The notes: generated from the sequence alone by a model not told the origin. A stretch of 30,355 nucleotides of DNA from Candidatus Altiarchaeota archaeon (GCA_043800705.1 JAZDMS010000025.1:1-30355); one strand, 5' to 3'; positions 1 to 8,752 are shown, counted from the first letter of the stretch. A program made the numbers and translations.

Positions 1-35
1 TCCTTCCACTGAACAACCACCCGCTTGTAGTCCAT
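1..35 (-). CDS. 5' end of a CDS running off the window (MDYKRVVVQWK..., possibly an archaeal ATP-binding protein)
   Basis: ATG at 35 preceded by an RBS-like GAGGTG (42-47 on the minus strand); only 11 codons visible, so the product is a guess. Confidence 0.4.
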   Translation of the reverse strand, partial: MDYKRVVVQWK

Positions 36-47
36 AACGTACACCTC

Positions 48-91
48 TACTGAACAAATTCAAGTGAATTTGTATAGTATATTGAACAAAT
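48..91. repeat. 44-bp direct repeat, copy 1 (internal palindrome ACAAATTC-N4-GAATTTGT)
   Basis: TACTGAACAAATTCAAGTGAATTTGTATAGTATATTGAACAAAT matches 3667-3710 at 40/44. Confidence 0.9.
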
Positions 92-169
92 AGCATAAAT
101 ACGTGATAGGATAGGTAAAACCTTAGACAGGTTGATAAACCTTATACCCCTATCAAAGGTTTCACCATT

Positions 170-195
170 AAACCTTTAATCTAGATTAAAGGTTT
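170..195. promoter_or_regulatory. 26-bp perfect palindrome, putative operator
   Basis: AAACCTTTAATCT/AGATTAAAGGTTT; related AAACCTT/AAGGTTT half-sites nearby at 118-162. Confidence 0.55.
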
Positions 196-311
196 TATAC
201 CCAATGTGTCGAAAGTGCCAAATACCCCCAAACAGCAAGGAATCGCAGGGATAACAGTCTCTATTTGCCCTTTTAGGCAAATAGCACATACTAGGCTTCC
301 GAGCCATACAA

Positions 312-369
312 TATATGGGCACAGCATTATAACTATTTATACTAATTTTTATATAGTTGTGCCCATATA
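312..369. promoter_or_regulatory. 14-bp inverted repeat flanking the AT-rich/TATA region of the fic promoter
   Basis: TATATGGGCACAGC (312-325) and GTTGTGCCCATATA (356-369), 1 mismatch, ending 7 bp before the ATG. Confidence 0.6.
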
Positions 370-376
370 GTATTCG

Positions 377-1336
377 ATGGCTTATATTGAGCGTCGGGAG
401 CAGAATGGGAAGCGTTATTTTTACGTTACCAAGAACTTCAGGGTTGGGCTCGACAAATGGAGGAAGATCAGGAGATACTGTGGAGACCAGAAGCCATCCC
501 CGGAGTATTTCAAGCGGATCCTAGACGAAATAGACGCAGAAGCCAAGATCAAATGCTGGTTGAAGGAGAAGGCAATGTTCAAGTATCTTTCAGCCCATGA
601 TGCGGAGCTTTTGGAGGACGTGAAACAGAACTTTAACCGATGGTACGGGAAACTGGATGAGGTGTCCAGGAAGAAGTTCGACGACGATTTCCTCGTCAGG
701 TTCACATACAACAGCAATGCCATAGAAGGCAATCGCCTAAGTCTTAGGGAAACCAGCATGATACTATCCGAGGACATAATCCCCGCAGGAGCGTCAACAA
801 AGGACTTCAACGAGGCGATAAACGGAAAAGACACCCTGGAATACATCCGAGGCTACAAAGGCAACTTAGGGAAGAAGTTTATGCTCAAAATTCACGAGTC
901 TTTGACGAAGAACACCGGCTGCCGGGTAGTCGGCGGCTTCAGGGACTCTCATGTGAGGATAAGCGGCTCAGAATGGACTCCCCCAACCCCGGACAAGGTA
1001 CCGGAGGAGATTGACAGGCTCCTGACATGGTGGAGAAACTATGAGAAGAAATTGCATCCTGCGGAGCTGGCGGGCATAATACACAACATGCTAGTAAGGC
1101 TGCACCCCTTCACGGACGGGGATGGTAGGACCTCCAGGGTGGTAATGAACTGGATACTCATGCGAAAAGGCTATCCTATGGCCTACATAGACAACAAAGA
1201 AAAAATCAGATACTACCATGCGATAGAGGAGGGAGACAAAGGAGACGACAGCCGATTCATAAAATACCTGGCAGAAACCATAGCCAACCAGCACACATCC
1301 CAAAGCAAAGAAAAACAAGATGCCAAAACTCCATAG
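377..1336 (+). CDS. Fic family protein (class II, N-terminal auto-inhibitory helix)
   Basis: HPFTDGDGRTSR Fic motif; SNAIEGN inhibitory motif. Confidence 0.93.
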   Translation: MAYIERREQNGKRYFYVTKNFRVGLDKWRKIRRYCGDQKPSPEYFKRILDEIDAEAKIKCWLKEKAMFKYLSAHDAELLEDVKQNFNRWYGKLDEVSRKKFDDDFLVRFTYNSNAIEGNRLSLRETSMILSEDIIPAGASTKDFNEAINGKDTLEYIRGYKGNLGKKFMLKIHESLTKNTGCRVVGGFRDSHVRISGSEWTPPTPDKVPEEIDRLLTWWRNYEKKLHPAELAGIIHNMLVRLHPFTDGDGRTSRVVMNWILMRKGYPMAYIDNKEKIRYYHAIEEGDKGDDSRFIKYLAETIANQHTSQSKEKQDAKTP

Positions 1337-1460
1337 TTCCAGCAGTCAGGAAACACCTTGTGACACAACGTATGTTTTCAGGGCAGAATTACACATGAGG
1401 CAGTGTTAGCATCACCTTGCTTGTCTGAGGTTCAATCGATTGTAGGCTCAGGAAAAGCGA

Positions 1461-1626
1461 TTAGGCTTTCTGTTGGTCTATGAGGGTTTTTTGCTGTCTG
1501 CTCCAGTTTTTGTTCGGGGGTTTTCTTCAGCCAGTCCGCGTACTGGTCTATGAACTTGAGCCTATCCCTGAAGTTCTCATCTTTTTGGGCTCGGAGCTCC
1601 TCAAGGTTGATGTTTGGTGTTTTCAT
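1461..1626 (-). pseudogene. Small archaeal antitoxin-like protein, apparently frameshifted in a C5 run
   Basis: MKTPNINLEELRAQKDENFRDRLKFIDQYADWLKKTP continues in a shifted frame as NKNWSRQQKTLIDQQKA*; ATGA overlap with the upstream fragment. Confidence 0.5.
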
Positions 1627-1739
1627 TCCAGGTATCTGTTAAATGACGATTTAACGCCGAGTTTTGTTATGAAGTCTTTCATTAATATTCTGTCCAAGTT
1701 GTCCTTAAATAGGCTGTATAGGTGTTTGGCATCCTTGAT
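1623..1739 (-). pseudogene. C-terminal remnant of a nucleotidyltransferase-like gene
   Basis: IKDAKHLYSLFKDNLDRILMKDFITKLGVKSSFNRYLE* has no start; it resembles the KDxxDAxxL tail of such proteins; stop overlaps the next ATG. Confidence 0.4.
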
Positions 1740-1820
1740 GTACGTCAGAGGAAAAGTACGCGATATAAGGGCTATAATTTGGCTATATCCTTGGGTCTAT
1801 CCGGGAATTTTCTGTGCCGT

Positions 1821-2573
1821 TCAGTAATCGGCCAGGTTCTTCTGGTCAAGTAGTCCTTTTGGGGGGTAGAATAGTCCGATTATCATCCATGTCCCGAATT
1901 TGAAATGCGTCCCCAATATTAAGTATAAATCTCGCCCCAGCATGAAGTCGTAAAATCTTTCCTTGATTTTCTGCGCTACTATCCTGGAGTCGCTTTCCTT
2001 TTGCAGTATGTTTCTGGCCAGTTCGTTTAGTTCCCAATCGATTAGTATGATCCTGTGCCCCCTGCAGTTTGGCTCATTATCGCATTTGAACTGATACCTC
2101 AATTCTATGGGCATTTTAACTTTCTCCCGCTTTTCCAAGAATTCCCCCGTCATAGAAAGATATGCCTGATTGTCGTAGATTTTGGTGTCGTTGACTTTGA
2201 GGGCTATATCGCTTAGAACTGGTTTTATTACCCCCAGGCTTGCATTTTCAGCATCCAGCTTTTCAATCGATGACAAAAGGGGTAGTACCCTTTTTAGGGC
2301 ATCGCTATCGTTTAAGGGTGAGTTCAGGTTCTTATAACCGAGTACTTTCCTGCTTTCCTTTCTTTTATCGTTGTCAGGTTCGCCTGATTCAACTTCGATG
2401 AGGTCCTTCTTCTTGAAGTCTATCAGCTTTTCCCCATAGACGAATTTAAATGGGTAGAGCCGCCTCCATTCGTCTTTCTCTGTTATCCCTGCAACGCATA
2501 CTTTATACCCATACTTGGTGCTCTCTTCAGGCGTTGCCCTTACGAATACGAGAATTTTTTCCTTTACGGTCAT
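1821..2573 (-). CDS. DUF488-associated protein (OB-fold-like, CVAG...WRRLYP signature)
   Basis: Start MTVKEK at 2573 coupled by ATGA to the DUF488 gene; motifs YKVCVAGI, EWRRLYP, CxGH, DWE, LGTH, WMIIGLFYPP. Confidence 0.75.
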   Translation of the reverse strand: MTVKEKILVFVRATPEESTKYGYKVCVAGITEKDEWRRLYPFKFVYGEKLIDFKKKDLIEVESGEPDNDKRKESRKVLGYKNLNSPLNDSDALKRVLPLLSSIEKLDAENASLGVIKPVLSDIALKVNDTKIYDNQAYLSMTGEFLEKREKVKMPIELRYQFKCDNEPNCRGHRIILIDWELNELARNILQKESDSRIVAQKIKERFYDFMLGRDLYLILGTHFKFGTWMIIGLFYPPKGLLDQKNLADY

Positions 2574-3430
2574 AAGTGTCCGACCTGAATGTTGTTTAAT
2601 CCTAAATATTCGGCTATCACTCCACGGTGGCACATGTTTTTGTCGTGTTCGAAACACATTAACGCGATCATGTTTTTCCCGCCAAGGGATACTATCTCCC
2701 CAAGTTCCTTTTTCTTTTCCTTCAATGATTCTTTGTATCCTTCGAAGAGTTTTTGGTAGTCTTCCGGGGTTTCCAGGTTTTTTCGTAATTCGCCGTCTAT
2801 CCCCAGTTCGGGGATATGCTTGTAGACGATTTCCACCCGGTTGAGGTATTCACTAAGCTTCTTTTGGGTAAAACTTAGGTTCATGCTGAAAGGATTCCTT
2901 CGCACATCTACGAGGACTTCCACCCCGCATCGTATAAGCGAATCCAGGAACGAGTCTATGTCCCTGCCTTCATAGCCGATTGTGAATATACCGGGGGAAC
3001 TGGGGTTTCTTTTTATTTTGGAGTTTTCGCTTTTGACGGTGTATTCGGGGTACTTGCCATAGACATAACTCTTTATCGCATTGTCCGATTCGAATCTCTC
3101 TGCGGTTTTGGCTATCTTCTGCCGGACATTTTGATTCAACGAGGTCAAAACGTCCTTTGCCTTTTCAGTGGTTCTAGGGTTCTTTTCGTCTTCGTCAAGA
3201 TAACCTTTAAGACGTAAGCCGTTGAGGTCAAAGTAGCTCATATTAGAGAATGGGCCGTATTTGTACGGGAAGAAATTGTAGAATTTCATATCCTCGTCAA
3301 GAGCCTCCTCCTTCTTGAGCAGGAATAGGTTCTTCTCGATCATCAGCCTCGAAGACTTCCCCCTGACTGAAAGCTCATCAACAACGGCCAGCAAAGCCCT
3401 CTGCTTATAGTGTAAAATATCCCCTGCCAT
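2570..3430 (-). CDS. DUF488 family protein with N-terminal winged-helix (Panacea/DarG-C-like) domain
   Basis: IFTIGYEGR, LVDVRRNPFS, HIPELG, LMCFE...CHR motifs; N-terminal FFPYKYGPFS. Confidence 0.88.
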   Translation of the reverse strand: MAGDILHYKQRALLAVVDELSVRGKSSRLMIEKNLFLLKKEEALDEDMKFYNFFPYKYGPFSNMSYFDLNGLRLKGYLDEDEKNPRTTEKAKDVLTSLNQNVRQKIAKTAERFESDNAIKSYVYGKYPEYTVKSENSKIKRNPSSPGIFTIGYEGRDIDSFLDSLIRCGVEVLVDVRRNPFSMNLSFTQKKLSEYLNRVEIVYKHIPELGIDGELRKNLETPEDYQKLFEGYKESLKEKKKELGEIVSLGGKNMIALMCFEHDKNMCHRGVIAEYLGLNNIQVGHL

Positions 3431-3666
3431 AAACCCGTCCAGCAAACTCTAATACGCCGTCTACGGCCTTAAAACCACTGCGAGCACCGGAAAAATGGAT
3501 CATTTAACTGCCTCCTCGACAGTAGGGTAGGCCGGACAGTCCACAGTTATACTTTGAGTCCCCTCCTTAAAGTATTTGTCTGCGCCTCAACCACTTAACT
3601 ATGCCTTGCGGTAACACTAGGTTTCTGGAACTATGAAATTAGGGTAGAATTTAGACCGTAAGCCCT

Positions 3667-3710
3667 TACTGAACAAATTCGGGTGAATTTGTATAGTGTA
3701 CTGAACAAAT
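3667..3710. repeat. 44-bp direct repeat, copy 2
   Basis: TACTGAACAAATTCGGGTGAATTTGTATAGTGTACTGAACAAAT, 40/44 identical to 48-91. Confidence 0.9.
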
Positions 3711-3746
3711 TTTATCAATAGGTCCAAACCTATGAATTACGCCTGT

Positions 3747-5264
3747 TTAAGTTTGTTTTAGTCCTTTGAAGATGTCATTTGCCATCTTCTCTTCTTTGGG
3801 GTCGCTGTAGTATTTGATGTCCGCCTTTATCTTTGCGAACTCGCCTGTTTGGGCCTCGGACGATTCGAGGGCCGTCTTCCATGCGACGGGGATGTCCGCC
3901 GCGTTGTTGACATAGACGTCCAGAAAAGACGGCGTTAGAGTGAATATTCCAGCAGCCGTGTTCATCTGTGTTTCGATGTTTTTAATCTGTCCCGAATATG
4001 TTTGCCACTTCTTCTTGTCGTCTTTGGCGCCATCCAAGAGGAGTTGAAGCTCCTTGCGGCGGGATTCAGCGAGGCTGGAGAGGGAGATAGACGCCATCTC
4101 GTCCCTCGTGGCCGAGAGGGCGGCGGACAGGTCCGCCAGGGCTGCTTGGCGGGCTGCGCCCAGGTAGCGGTCGGCGCCGGACCACGAGAGCGTTATCGGC
4201 TTCCTGAACCCCATGGCATCCGAGACGTCGTTTGCGACGGCGCCGTAGCGGAGGCCGCCGCCGGAGCCGGACATGAAAAGTGTAGTGCCTAATCCTTCGG
4301 AGAATATGATGTTCCTTGCGATGGCGGTCGGCGCCATCAGGGGGTAATTGGCGGTGAACTCGGACTGGGACAGCATGTGGTGTGTGCCGCATAGGGGGCA
4401 TTTGCCTTCTACTTGCCCGTTGCGCACGTTGAGGGTTGTCTTCCCGCCGCATTCGCAGTGGAGCCAGAACGGGAAGAAATGCTCTTCGGCAACACCAAGC
4501 TCCGCCTCGAGGCCCCTTTTTCGCACTGACTCGTTGCAGGCTTTGTTGTAATCCTGGTGGCGTGTCGCTAGCCTTTGCGCGGCCTCGATCAGCAGGTTGC
4601 CCTCTTGCACGTCCGAGTAGGCGAAGAACGCCACTTTGAGTCCCAGCAGGTCGGTGCAGGTTTTCGCAATGGTGTAGGCGTTGAATGCGGCGAATGAGTC
4701 GGCCCTGCGGTGGGCGTCCTCCATCAAGGACGCTAGCGTCTGCAGATTTTTGGAGACGGGTTCGAATGGGAGCTTCGCCCGTTTGCAGTTTCGCTCGTAC
4801 GATGCGCGTATCGCCGTCAGCTGCTTTTGCAGCGCTGATGAGTCCGGTTTCGGGACCTTGTCGAATCGCTTCCACCTGTCCTTCTGCCCGAGTGGGAACC
4901 CTATCTTGTAAAAGCCGTCGCGGTTTGTCTCGGGTATCCTGTTTTGGTTAAGGAGGTTCGCGGTGGAGAGGTTGTAGTCTGCGAACCCGAAGAGCGGGAC
5001 TGCGTCGGCGCCGCGGGCCTGGAGCTTCTTCGCGAACCAGTCGAGGAGGTACACCTTCCGGAAGACGCCGCTGTGGGGGAGGAAGTTCGGCTGATGGCCG
5101 GATTCGAGGACCAGGGAGGAGGTCGATATGTCCGAATCTGCGGGGGGTATCCCGCATCTGTGGTGGAACTCCCGGCTTATCTCGCGGATGCCCCGCAGGT
5201 TGGTCTCCTGTTCTTTTGTCAGGCTGCCGCCCGACAGGCCGTTGCCGAAGTCTTCCGCCTCCAT
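3747..5264 (-). CDS. Uncharacterised BshC/WbqC-like Rossmann-type protein with a Zn ribbon
   Basis: Likely start MEAEDF at 5264, 2 bp after the DUF354 stop; ESGHQPNFLPHSGVFRK motif; CECGG...CPLCG. Confidence 0.6.
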   Translation of the reverse strand: MEAEDFGNGLSGGSLTKEQETNLRGIREISREFHHRCGIPPADSDISTSSLVLESGHQPNFLPHSGVFRKVYLLDWFAKKLQARGADAVPLFGFADYNLSTANLLNQNRIPETNRDGFYKIGFPLGQKDRWKRFDKVPKPDSSALQKQLTAIRASYERNCKRAKLPFEPVSKNLQTLASLMEDAHRRADSFAAFNAYTIAKTCTDLLGLKVAFFAYSDVQEGNLLIEAAQRLATRHQDYNKACNESVRKRGLEAELGVAEEHFFPFWLHCECGGKTTLNVRNGQVEGKCPLCGTHHMLSQSEFTANYPLMAPTAIARNIIFSEGLGTTLFMSGSGGGLRYGAVANDVSDAMGFRKPITLSWSGADRYLGAARQAALADLSAALSATRDEMASISLSSLAESRRKELQLLLDGAKDDKKKWQTYSGQIKNIETQMNTAAGIFTLTPSFLDVYVNNAADIPVAWKTALESSEAQTGEFAKIKADIKYYSDPKEEKMANDIFKGLKQT

Positions 5265-5266
5265 GG

Positions 5267-6364
5267 TCAGATGTAGTCTTTGACGACCCTGTGGAACACC
5301 GGTATTGGGTCTTCCATTTCTGTCCTCAGCTTGGCGGCCTTCTTCTTGATTTCGTCCCGTTTCCCCTTGTCGTTGAGTATTTCTATTGCCTTGTCTGCGG
5401 CCTCTTTTAGGTCTAGTGTCGGCAGGAGGAGGCCTTTTTGGTGGAGGAATTTCTCGCCGTATGCCATCGGGTGCTTGCAGAGGGGGTCTATGGATATCGC
5501 GTACGTGCCCAACAGCGAGGCCTCGCGGTTCATGGTCCCGCCGGCGGATATGAGGACGTCGGCTTGGGAGCTGAGGGAGGGTCCGTCCACGTGTTCGACG
5601 ACCTTTATCCTGCCGCCGAATACCTTGCGGAGGATGGGTCCCTGCTGTCCGTAGCGGGGTATGGCGACTATCTGGACGTCTTTGCCGCATTGTTTTAGAA
5701 GTTCTTTGATTATGTCTTCGACGCCGGTCTCCGTGTCCTTGAAGAATGGGGCGTTCTCGGAGAAGTGCGGGGAGAGTGCGCGCACTATGGCTATGGGCTT
5801 GCCTTTGGCGAGGCCGATGTCCTCAAGTATCTTCGGGTCGGCCTTGAAGTCTCGGGTCCACGCTATCTCGTCGATGCCTTTGAACGTGATGATCCTGTTG
5901 GGGTCTGCGCCGACGCGCATGAAGTCCCATATGTCGGAGAGGTATGAGGTGATTATCTTCTCTGAGAGTGGGAATGTGAGCAAAGACGCCGCTTGCGAGA
6001 ACGGCGAATCCGACGTGCATATGTGGGGTATTCCGAGGCCGTATGCTATGCGGGCGCATTCGGGCGAGGACAGGGAGAATGCGCATTTGACGTCGTGTTC
6101 CTCGATTTTCTTTGCGTGTGCGGAGCATCTGGCGAGGAACGCGTCTAGTTTCCCTTCCTTGCCGGCGCCGCCGTGGACGCCAGTTATCTCGTATTCGAAG
6201 TCGAATCTGCCGGCCTTGACGGCCTTCTCGAGGACTTCGGTGTTTTCCTGGTATTTTCTGACGGTGACCCAGGTCTTTATTCCCTTGTCTTTGAGGTATT
6301 GCGCGAAGGTGCCGAGGAACCAGACCTGTTTGCTGGTCATTATGTCTATCCAGACCTCAGACAT
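5267..6364 (-). CDS. DUF354 family protein (GT-B fold, putative glycosyltransferase)
   Basis: VWIDIMTSKQ N-terminus, AYGLGIP, ISAGGTMNREASLLG motif. Confidence 0.88.
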   Translation of the reverse strand: MSEVWIDIMTSKQVWFLGTFAQYLKDKGIKTWVTVRKYQENTEVLEKAVKAGRFDFEYEITGVHGGAGKEGKLDAFLARCSAHAKKIEEHDVKCAFSLSSPECARIAYGLGIPHICTSDSPFSQAASLLTFPLSEKIITSYLSDIWDFMRVGADPNRIITFKGIDEIAWTRDFKADPKILEDIGLAKGKPIAIVRALSPHFSENAPFFKDTETGVEDIIKELLKQCGKDVQIVAIPRYGQQGPILRKVFGGRIKVVEHVDGPSLSSQADVLISAGGTMNREASLLGTYAISIDPLCKHPMAYGEKFLHQKGLLLPTLDLKEAADKAIEILNDKGKRDEIKKKAAKLRTEMEDPIPVFHRVVKDYI

Positions 6365-6540
6365 CGCGCATCACCCACCTGATGACTTCGAAGGCTTCCG
6401 CGCAGCCCCCTTGAGCTGGCGAAGGAGAGACATTCGGCTGCGGCCTCAGTCTCTCTGAAAGAGGACTCGCAGGATAAACCAGCGGATAGGCGCAGACCTC
6501 AGACATCGTGCATCACCCACCTGATGACTTCGAAGGCTTC
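6351..6540. repeat. 48-bp direct duplication of the PIG-L/DUF354 junction (6351-6398 and 6493-6540) around a ~90-bp unique insert
   Basis: CAGACCTCAGACATCG(C/T)GCATCACCCACCTGATGACTTCGAAGGCTTC occurs twice, 1 mismatch. Confidence 0.95.
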
Positions 6541-7134
6541 GGCGTATTGGGTGTTTATCTGCATGCCCCTCGTCCTTGCCAGTCCGCGTATGTAGTCTTC
6601 GGTCAGGTAGCTTCGGTGCATCTGGGACACGTAGCATCTGAGGGCGCTCATCTTCTTCCTCATGTGCTTCTCCGTGAGTGGTACGAAGGACTGGGTCTTG
6701 AAGGACACGTTGTCCCAGGGCATCTCGAAGCCGAGTATCGTGGATTCGCGGTAGGCCCTGAGGACCTCGTTGCGTGTGGTGATGTGGTCCTGGTGGAGGT
6801 CGTATGAGGATGGCGCGATGACGAGCTCCGGGCTGACCTTCTTCCGGAACGAGAAGAGGGCGTCCAGTATCTCCTGGCGGTGGTTGGGGAATTCCCTGAC
6901 GTCGAAGTTGAAGACGTGGAGGTTCTTGGGGGATATCCCGAGTATCTTCGTGGCCTTCTTGACCTCCCTTCGGAGGATGTCCTTCGGGTACTTGTCGGGG
7001 ACCGACTTCTCGCAGGCAGAAAGCGCTATATAGTGGACTTTGTGCCCGGCTTCCACCATCCGGGCGATGGTCCCGCCGCACGCTATCTCCGCGTCGTCGG
7101 TGTGGGGGCTCACGAACAGTACCGTCTTTTTCAT
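6499..7134 (-). CDS. PIG-L/LmbE family N-acetylglucosaminyl deacetylase
   Basis: Start MKKTVLF at 7134 (ATGA overlap); SPHTDDAE, DLHQDH, YVSQ, AEAF motifs. Confidence 0.92.
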   Translation of the reverse strand: MKKTVLFVSPHTDDAEIACGGTIARMVEAGHKVHYIALSACEKSVPDKYPKDILRREVKKATKILGISPKNLHVFNFDVREFPNHRQEILDALFSFRKKVSPELVIAPSSYDLHQDHITTRNEVLRAYRESTILGFEMPWDNVSFKTQSFVPLTEKHMRKKMSALRCYVSQMHRSYLTEDYIRGLARTRGMQINTQYAEAFEVIRWVMHDV

Positions 7135-8162
7135 ATCCAAGTGGATAGCACGGCCAGTGCCGCTAATGATGATAGGATTCCGAGAACATAAACCTTCGAG
7201 ACCAGCGCGTTTTCCGTCTGGGGCTGCCGGTATAGGAGGATTTTGCAGAGGGTGATGGGCCGCTCCAGGCGGGTGAACCATATCCTGCCGTCTTTCTCTA
7301 TCTTGAATGCGCTGAACTTCTCCTTCCTGAACTCCTTCTCCTCGAAGAAGCGGCCCACGGACAGAAGCGATATGGATGCGTTGAATAGCTGCGGCAAGAG
7401 GACGAGGAGGCCGATGAATTCGATGTTTCCGACGACTATGCCTGCGGCGAGTAGGGCGCCGAAGCTGAGGGTGCCGGTGTCTCCGGGGAATATCCTGGCG
7501 GGGTAGCGGTTGAACCACCAGAAGGCGAGCTGGGCGCCGGCCATGGCGGTGAATATCAGGACGACCGAGTGCTGATTCGTCAGGTATCCTGCCGCCGCAA
7601 GGGCGACGGACGCTATGAACGACAGGCCGCTTGAGAGGCCGTTGAACCCTGCGAGCATGTTGCTGACGTTGGCGGCGCCTGTGATGCCGAGGGGCACGAG
7701 CATCAGCCAGAAGAGGAGGGAGAGGTCGGAGCCGAAGAGGTTGTAGAAGTCGATGGTGAGGTAGGGCAGGCGGATGATGGGCAGGCCGGGCCTCAGGAGG
7801 ATGAGCGGCAGCGCGGCAAGGAGCAGGAGGAGGGGCTTTATCCGGTGGCTGAGCTTCTGGAGGTCGTCGACGACGCCGACGAATGAGGCGATCTCGAAGA
7901 CCCCGAGGGCGGCTATGACGGGGGTGAGGCTGAATGACGGGTTGGACAGCTTGTAAAGGAGCGCAGCGGCTATGAGGACGAGCGGGTACGCCTGCAGGAT
8001 CGCGATTCCCCCCATCTCAGGGACCTCCGGCTTGGAGGGTTTGTGGCCGTCCTGGCCGACGATGCCCTGCCTGCGCATATGCCGGATGGTGTACAATGTC
8101 GCCGCGTACGTGGCCGCAAAGGCCAGAGCAAACGCGATAAAGGTTATTTGTGAAAAATCCAT
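7131..8162 (-). CDS. MraY/GPT family polyprenyl-phosphate GlcNAc-1-phosphate transferase (AglH-like)
   Basis: Multi-TM; PEMGG, GVVDD, NVSNMLAGFNGL, FNRYPARIFPGDTG motifs. Confidence 0.92.
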   Translation of the reverse strand: MDFSQITFIAFALAFAATYAATLYTIRHMRRQGIVGQDGHKPSKPEVPEMGGIAILQAYPLVLIAAALLYKLSNPSFSLTPVIAALGVFEIASFVGVVDDLQKLSHRIKPLLLLLAALPLILLRPGLPIIRLPYLTIDFYNLFGSDLSLLFWLMLVPLGITGAANVSNMLAGFNGLSSGLSFIASVALAAAGYLTNQHSVVLIFTAMAGAQLAFWWFNRYPARIFPGDTGTLSFGALLAAGIVVGNIEFIGLLVLLPQLFNASISLLSVGRFFEEKEFRKEKFSAFKIEKDGRIWFTRLERPITLCKILLYRQPQTENALVSKVYVLGILSSLAALAVLSTWI

Positions 8163-8326
8163 TCTGATTGCCCCCCTATGAGGCCATATTATTAGCGCAA
8201 CACGGATTTATATATTCCCGGCAGGCAGGCGGTGGCTGCGATCACGGGAGAAGCACGGGGTTTCGTCAATGCGCAGACCGGCGCCGGAGGGTATTTATCC
8301 GATGAATGCCCTAAATATCATCCTAA

Positions 8327-8752
8327 ATGGAAAACGACCTGGTGCTCGATAAGACGGTCAAGTACGCCGTGATGGCGTCGGTAGCGGTCGGAGTCGTAGT
8401 CGCCGCCTATCTGCTGTGGGCCACCACCACCGGAGACAACTACACCGTCCTGTACCTGGAGCCTGACTCCTACAGCAACTACCTGGACGGGAACTCCATC
8501 AAATTCGCCTACGGGATACAGCAGGTAGGAAAGCGCAGCGAGACATATATGCTGGACATCTACATCGGGGACACGCTGGTGGCCACGAGGGACCTGAAAA
8601 AACGGACCGGCATGAACGAGATAGTGCTTAGGGTACCCGAGAACATCAAGCTTCCCACCAAGGTCAGCCTGGAGCTGAAGACGGATTACGGGACAAACGG
8701 CGTCCACTTCTGGATTAAGGGCAGGAAAAACGAGACGGAGGCGAGCGGATGA
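8327..8752 (+). CDS. Membrane-anchored protein (DUF1616-like C-terminal domain)
   Basis: N-terminal TM helix, YTVLYL, VHFWI; ATGA-coupled to the next gene. Confidence 0.65.
   Translation: MENDLVLDKTVKYAVMASVAVGVVVAAYLLWATTTGDNYTVLYLEPDSYSNYLDGNSIKFAYGIQQVGKRSETYMLDIYIGDTLVATRDLKKRTGMNEIVLRVPENIKLPTKVSLELKTDYGTNGVHFWIKGRKNETEASG

Noticed and set aside
5265-5690. N-terminal 142 aa of the 647-aa ORF
   Set aside because: Arg/Pro-rich off-frame overlap with DUF354; the likely start is 5264. The same applies to the extensions of the ORFs at 7518, 2657, 11048, 15926, 18014, 20659 and 23457
6379-6460. Hammerhead ribozyme suggested by CTGATGA and GAAA
   Set aside because: CTGATGA is just the antisense of PIG-L codons, and I could not build the three-stem core
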